This document shows, one piece after another, positions 27,045 to 31,772 of a DNA stretch of 31,772 nucleotides. The position numbers and the translations under genes are program-made. Within the stretch, counting starts at the first letter, position 1. Every line of letters starts with the position of its first letter. Source of the DNA: Candidatus Rifleibacteriota bacterium. Its GTDB lineage: Bacteria; Muiribacteriota; Ozemobacteria; Ozemobacterales; Ozemobacteraceae. Location of the stretch: contig JBNJGH010000031.1 in the NCBI GenBank assembly GCA_051747585.1, positions 1 to 31,772 of the forward strand. Direction: 5' to 3'. The notes below the pieces were generated by a model, which saw only the letters and a program-made list of their open reading frames with translations, ran no database searches and was not told where the DNA came from.

Positions 27045-27234
27045 GCTAATATTGGTCCACATCAATTTTTACAGTGAGTAAAAGAATATTTCGCTCAGAT
27101 CAGAGTATGGGCAGAATATCACAAGCGAATAGTTTCCATCCTTTGAAACAGCCATTTTTCTTTTTCAACTCACCAAAATTGATCAAGCAGGAAGTGGTGT
27201 GGACCGCTCAAATCCCAAAGGGACAATAGCTCCT

Positions 27235-27723
27235 TTATTGATCAGACTGAGACAATGTTTCAAAAATTCTTTGTTTCAGATTTTCATCAAATTGTGCAGC
27301 TTGCATAATCTGATTATAGCGATCAACTTCGATACCTACTTTAGAAACTGCCATAGCCATACGTTTGGCAGCACTTTGTTGCATTTTTTGCGCCTCTTTG
27401 GCATCGTTTGCTGATTCCAGTTCTTTTTGCAGACTCTGTTGGACCTTATTTATTTCCATATAAGCCTTGGCAACTTTTTCGATTTCAGCGTCAGAGGCCT
27501 CTACCGAAGGGGTCTTGGGTGGCTGAGGCTGCTGTTGCATCTGGGGAGCTTTTTGTTGGGGTGCAGACTGTTGTTGGCTCTGCATCTGGGGAGCATTCTG
27601 GCTTGTTGTAGACTGTTGTTGACTAATTCCAGGACTTCCTCCTGCGGGTTGAGCTATAACATTGGGAGCCATAACCAACATACAAAGAACCACAGCTAAA
27701 CTAATTGAACAAAATCTTATCAT
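27235..27723 (-). CDS. Exported DUF4168-like protein with Gln/Pro-rich linker
   Basis: GGAGG RBS; signal peptide ending VIA|Q; APQMQ repeats; SDAEIEKVAKAY...VGIEVDRYNQI...DENLKQRI is characteristic of DUF4168. Confidence 0.8.
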   Translation of the reverse strand: MIRFCSISLAVVLCMLVMAPNVIAQPAGGSPGISQQQSTTSQNAPQMQSQQQSAPQQKAPQMQQQPQPPKTPSVEASDAEIEKVAKAYMEINKVQQSLQKELESANDAKEAQKMQQSAAKRMAMAVSKVGIEVDRYNQIMQAAQFDENLKQRIFETLSQSDQ

Positions 27724-27793
27724 CTAATACCTCCAAAAAAGTTAAATATTACATTAGACCATCAATTAAAAATAGTCAGTTGCATCCCTATTA

Positions 27794-27810
27794 AGCATTT
27801 TTTATGCCAA
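27794..27810 (-). promoter_or_regulatory. Sigma54 (-24/-12) promoter for the DUF4168 gene
   Basis: Minus strand TTGGCATAAAAAATGCT: GG-N10-GC with exact spacing, 70 bp upstream of the ATG; a sigma54 activator is encoded divergently. Confidence 0.75.
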
Positions 27811-27936
27811 CTTTAAAAAAAGACTAATTAATCCTACGAAATCCCTCTATATAAGCCGCCTTCAAAACTCAAGGCACTAACTTTTAAAAAAAAGTAGCTT
27901 GCCAAACGCACAGTTTGTCCTGTATCTTTATGACAC

Positions 27937-29451
27937 ATGAGCCATAAAGAAACAGAAATTTCAAACCTCAACGAACAAATACAGATAAAAAATTATTCCA
28001 GCCTCAGGCTTGCCTTAATAGTCTATGTAGTCGTTCCGCTGGCAATAGCCATGGGAGCAACAAGCTATTTTGCTTTAGATGCACTGGAAAAGCACTCCGA
28101 AGAGCGAATGCAAAAAGACTTAGAGCTGGTAGCTCGAGCAATCAGACTCCCAATAAGCTATGCCCTTGAAAGAGAACGCGAAGGCAGCATCTCCAGAACC
28201 CTTGAATCGGCTTTTTCAATAGGCAGAGTTTACAGTGCTTATGTTTACGATCAAAAAGGCAAACAAATTGCTGCGGTGGGCAGAAAAGAAAAGTTGCCAC
28301 GAAAAAACAAACTGACGCGCCTGGCCGAAGCCAGGGAAGAAACTGGAGAATACGGGAATATTGCCGGACGAAATGTTTACTCATATTTTGTACCCTTAAT
28401 TGATTCAGGTGGCAGGGTTAGCGGACTTCTTCATCTTACCAGACGAGAAAGAGACCTTCGACAATATATTCACACCATCAGAACCAATGGCATAATCTGG
28501 TTTGTTTTAAGTCTAGTCACAATGATGCTTCTGGTTTTGTGGGGACATCACAACGCAATGGGCAAACATTTTTCAATGCTGATCAGAAGTATAAACAAGG
28601 TAACGGAAGGAGACGAAAAGCATCGTTTTGCCCCGGCCGGTCCCAAAGAAATTACCGCAATAGGTTCACATTTCAACCTCATGCTCGACAGCATTCAAAA
28701 AACTCAATTAGAGCTTTTTAAAAAGAATGAAAAGCAAAAATTGCTCCGCGCCCAGCTCAAACAGGCAGAAAAGCTTGCAGCAATTGGACAACTGGGAGCA
28801 GGAGTGGCTCACGAACTCGGAACACCTTTGAGCGTAATTGCGGGGCAAGCACAAAGAGGACTCAGAGACAAAAATTTAAGCCCTAAAATAAAAACAATTC
28901 TGCAGGAGATCCGCCATGAAGTCTTGCGAATGGAACACATCATTCGCCAGCTACTTGTTTTCAGCCACAGCAGCGAACTGCGCAAAAGACGAACCAAACC
29001 TTCCGTTATGGCACATTCTTCCGCAAACGCAATTACCGAGGAAGCCGACTTAAAAAATGTCAGGGTAGAAATTGCTACCGGGAACTCAGACCCGGAAATA
29101 GAAGTGGATCCTATTAAAATCGAACAGGTTTTGACCAATTTATTGCGCAACGCAATTCAATCTGAAAACGCCAGCCAGACAAAAATATCCTGGCATTGCA
29201 AAAATAAAGAGATCTGCTTTCAGATTGATGATGATGGCGCAGGAATCGATGAAGAAATCAAAGACAGAATCTTCGAACCATTTTTCACCACCAAAGAAGT
29301 CGGCACGGGTACCGGCCTGGGATTGGCTGTAGTTCATGGAATAATCAAGGAACATGGCGGAACAGTCAATCTTGGCAAAAGCAAACTTGGCGGAACTTTT
29401 TTTAAGATTACACTACCCACAACCGGAGTAAAACAAATTGGAAACAACTAA
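27937..29451 (+). CDS. Membrane sensor histidine kinase (periplasmic domain, HAMP, HisKA, HATPase)
   Basis: Two TMs; [11 protein letters not shown]-box; [30 protein letters not shown]. Confidence 0.93.
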   Translation: MSHKETEISNLNEQIQIKNYSSLRLALIVYVVVPLAIAMGATSYFALDALEKHSEERMQKDLELVARAIRLPISYALEREREGSISRTLESAFSIGRVYSAYVYDQKGKQIAAVGRKEKLPRKNKLTRLAEAREETGEYGNIAGRNVYSYFVPLIDSGGRVSGLLHLTRRERDLRQYIHTIRTNGIIWFVLSLVTMMLLVLWGHHNAMGKHFSMLIRSINKVTEGDEKHRFAPAGPKEITAIGSHFNLMLDSIQKTQLELFKKNEKQKLLRAQLKQAEKLAAIGQLGAGVAHELGTPLSVIAGQAQRGLRDKNLSPKIKTILQEIRHEVLRMEHIIRQLLVFSHSSELRKRRTKPSVMAHSSANAITEEADLKNVRVEIATGNSDPEIEVDPIKIEQVLTNLLRNAIQSENASQTKISWHCKNKEICFQIDDDGAGIDEEIKDRIFEPFFTTKEVGTGTGLGLAVVHGIIKEHGGTVNLGKSKLGGTFFKITLPTTGVKQIGNN

Positions 29452-30826
29452 CCAGCAAAATAAAATTTTGATTGTAGAAGACGATAGAGCACTGGGAAAA
29501 ATGCTCGCCCAGGAATTAATCGAAAATGATATTGAAGCAAAATGGGTAAATAATGGCGAGAAAGCGCTTGCTACGATTGCCGTACTTAAACCGGATCTGG
29601 TTGTTAGCGACCTGCGCCTTCCCGGGATAAACGGCCTGGAACTATTAAAAAAATCAAGCGATGCCTTTGCTGAGGAAAAACCTGATTTTTTAATTATAAC
29701 AGCATTCGGAACGATTTCTCGAGCAGTCGAAGCTTTAAAGGCAGGAGCGGAGGATTTTTTAACCAAACCCCTCGATCTTGAACATTTCACCTTGTCTGTA
29801 AAACGCATACTCAGAAACCGTGGCCTACGAAATGAAATTGATAATATTAAAAAGTTTTTAAGCGAAGACAATTTCCATGGAATCATAGGGCAAAGCAGAC
29901 CTATGCGCCTTCTATACGACAAAATGATCAGAGTAGCCAGCGCAAAAGGCCCCGTTCTTATTCTTGGAGAGTCTGGAACCGGCAAGGAGCTTGTCGCAAG
30001 GGCTATTCACCAGCTCAACAAAAGCGCAAAAGGCGAATTTCTTGCAGTAAACTGCGCCGGAATTCCGGAACATCTGCTTGAAAGTGAATTCTTTGGGCAC
30101 AAAGCCGGATCCTTTACCGGTGCCGGTAAAGATCGAAGCGGCATATTTGCTCAAGCCCGGGACGGCACTTTATTATTAGATGAAATTTCAGAAATGCCCC
30201 TGTTTCTTCAAGCAAAGCTGTTAAGAATGCTGCAGGATGGGAAGATCAGGCCAGTAGGCTCTGACAAAGAAAAGCAGGTCAAGGTTAGAATTATTGCTGC
30301 AACCCATCAAAACATAGAAGATAAAATTATTAAAGGCGATTTTCGCCAGGACCTTTTTTTTCGACTTGAAACCTTTACCCTTAAGCTTCCTCCTCTAAGA
30401 GAAAGGGAAGATGATATCGAATTACTTGCGAACTGGTTCTTGCAGAGGCATTGCATCCAAATGGGCAAAAAAATTCAAGGTTTCGAAAACAATGTTTTAA
30501 ACATCTTGAATAACTATAAATTTCCCGGAAATGTAAGAGAACTTAAAAATGCCATTGAGCGTGCCGTAACTTTCTGCGACGACAACAAAATCAAAGCGGA
30601 GCATTTACCAAGACGGATAGTTGAAAGTGCAAATGTTAGCTCGGATGATTCGGCAAAACGATTCATAACCCGACACCTGGCGACAGAAGAATTACCCAGC
30701 CTGTCCGAAATTGAGCTTCAATACATTAACTATGTGATTGATAAATTTAATGGCAACAAACAAAAAGCCGCATCCATACTCGGTATAGGCAGACGTACCC
30801 TTTACAGAAAGCTTGGACAGCTTTAA
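29438..30826 (+). CDS. Sigma54-dependent response regulator (NtrC/ZraR family)
   Basis: Receiver (IVEDD, SDLRLP, FLTKP); AAA+ GESGTGKE, ESEFFGH..GSFTGA, FPGNVREL; Fis-type HTH GNKQKAASILGIGRRTLYRKL; TTG start. Confidence 0.95.
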   Translation: METTNQQNKILIVEDDRALGKMLAQELIENDIEAKWVNNGEKALATIAVLKPDLVVSDLRLPGINGLELLKKSSDAFAEEKPDFLIITAFGTISRAVEALKAGAEDFLTKPLDLEHFTLSVKRILRNRGLRNEIDNIKKFLSEDNFHGIIGQSRPMRLLYDKMIRVASAKGPVLILGESGTGKELVARAIHQLNKSAKGEFLAVNCAGIPEHLLESEFFGHKAGSFTGAGKDRSGIFAQARDGTLLLDEISEMPLFLQAKLLRMLQDGKIRPVGSDKEKQVKVRIIAATHQNIEDKIIKGDFRQDLFFRLETFTLKLPPLREREDDIELLANWFLQRHCIQMGKKIQGFENNVLNILNNYKFPGNVRELKNAIERAVTFCDDNKIKAEHLPRRIVESANVSSDDSAKRFITRHLATEELPSLSEIELQYINYVIDKFNGNKQKAASILGIGRRTLYRKLGQL

Positions 30827-30996
30827 AAAATCAGCAACCATCCATTTAGGCATATTAGCAAGTTTCAACAAACAAATGGAAAATTACTGTTAAAAAATAA
30901 AAACCATTTTCGTTTTAACGATAAAGACATATAATTGAATTATACTTTCTGATAAATACTTACATTCCAGGGATTTCGTATTTTTAAGAGGGATTT

Positions 30997-31772
30997 ATGA
31001 AAAATTCATCAGTCTTGCTTTTCTGTTTTTTTATTGTTAACTTTTCTGCCTTAGCCTGCAATCCTGAACCTGGCCCACAGCATTTCCCCCATGTTAGAAG
31101 ACCACCAAGAATACAAACCGGCTACTTTGCCGTTTACAATAAACTTAACGGCCTTATAAGCAACCAGATTCTATCTATATTACCTTTTGCAACAGATCAG
31201 ATGGATCTTACCATCGTAGGAACCCAGGACAAGGGATTAATGATATTCGATGGCGAAAACTGGCATTTTTCGGGCAGCGACCTTTTCACCTTTCCCGAAA
31301 CTGCTGTCTCAACGATGGTTCGCACTGACAAGAATGAGTTTTATGTTGGTACTTCAAGGGGCCTTTACCGCGGAAAATTAAATTTTAACAGCATTAATTT
31401 TGATTTGATCAACATTTCTAGTCAGCAGATAAAAAATATTCTGACAATGTCTCCTCAACCTGGTGAAAAAAATCATCTGTTTATCGGCAGCGACCGCTTT
31501 ATTGGCGCTTTAAAAGAAGGTGCTTTCCAGCGATTTTATTTTAATGACAACCGCAACCCAACAGGATTTACCAGCATAGCTCACACTAAAAATGGCGTTT
31601 TTGCCGGATGCAACCAAGGTTTGTTTGAAATAAAAAATAAAAGTCTTTATATGGTTCCTCCCTTGGAAGGACTGGAATTTCCCGGTTGGGTAACCGATTT
31701 TGCCTCCAGCAATATTCAGGTATTCATTGCTGCTTCAAACGGCGTTTTTCTTCTTGAAAAAGAAAATGAATT
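30997..31772 (+). CDS. Exported beta-propeller protein (Reg_prop-like repeats); runs off the right edge
   Basis: Manual translation MKNSSVLLFCFFIVNFSALAC...NGLISNQILSI...IVGTQDKGLMIFDGENW...FYVGTSRGLY...LFIGSD...VFAGCNQGLF; absent from the track because there is no stop in the window. Confidence 0.75.
   Translation, partial: MKNSSVLLFCFFIVNFSALACNPEPGPQHFPHVRRPPRIQTGYFAVYNKLNGLISNQILSILPFATDQMDLTIVGTQDKGLMIFDGENWHFSGSDLFTFPETAVSTMVRTDKNEFYVGTSRGLYRGKLNFNSINFDLINISSQQIKNILTMSPQPGEKNHLFIGSDRFIGALKEGAFQRFYFNDNRNPTGFTSIAHTKNGVFAGCNQGLFEIKNKSLYMVPPLEGLEFPGWVTDFASSNIQVFIAASNGVFLLEKENE

Noticed and set aside
29413..29985. 190-aa minus-strand ORF and other long antisense ORFs (7835-8365, 23857-24312, 25116-25610)
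   Set aside because: Shadows of well-supported genes on the opposite strand, with no family motifs.

Overview
Ordinary chromosomal DNA (roughly 40% GC by eye) from a diderm, probably anaerobic bacterium, judged from a TonB-dependent receptor, an AsmA-like protein and a 2-oxoacid:ferredoxin oxidoreductase. The taxon cannot be fixed from the window. Routine content: cobalamin riboswitch plus btuB-like receptor (partial), ettA, mscS, OFOR alpha/beta, an HI0933-family flavoprotein, AsmA, and a sigma54 two-component system. The best candidates for something new are four. (1) A six-gene locus at 13651-20759 encodes three minor pilins, an ECF sigma factor, a ZAS/FecR anti-sigma and a secreted helical-repeat protein. 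A matching ECF-type promoter precedes both the pilins and the sigma gene, and the anti-sigma and secreted protein share a C-terminal DTSxSxxGFGxS tail. (2) A PilT ATPase is fused to cNMP-binding and T2SSE_N domains, next to a divergent 2H phosphoesterase. (3) A ~369-bp MITE occurs as three full copies (two with 9-bp target duplications) plus two remnants flanking ettA; its nested inverted repeats are flipped differently in each copy. (4) A sigma54 promoter drives a DUF4168 protein divergent from a ZraSR-like system. All calls come from reading the sequence by eye; no database searches were run.
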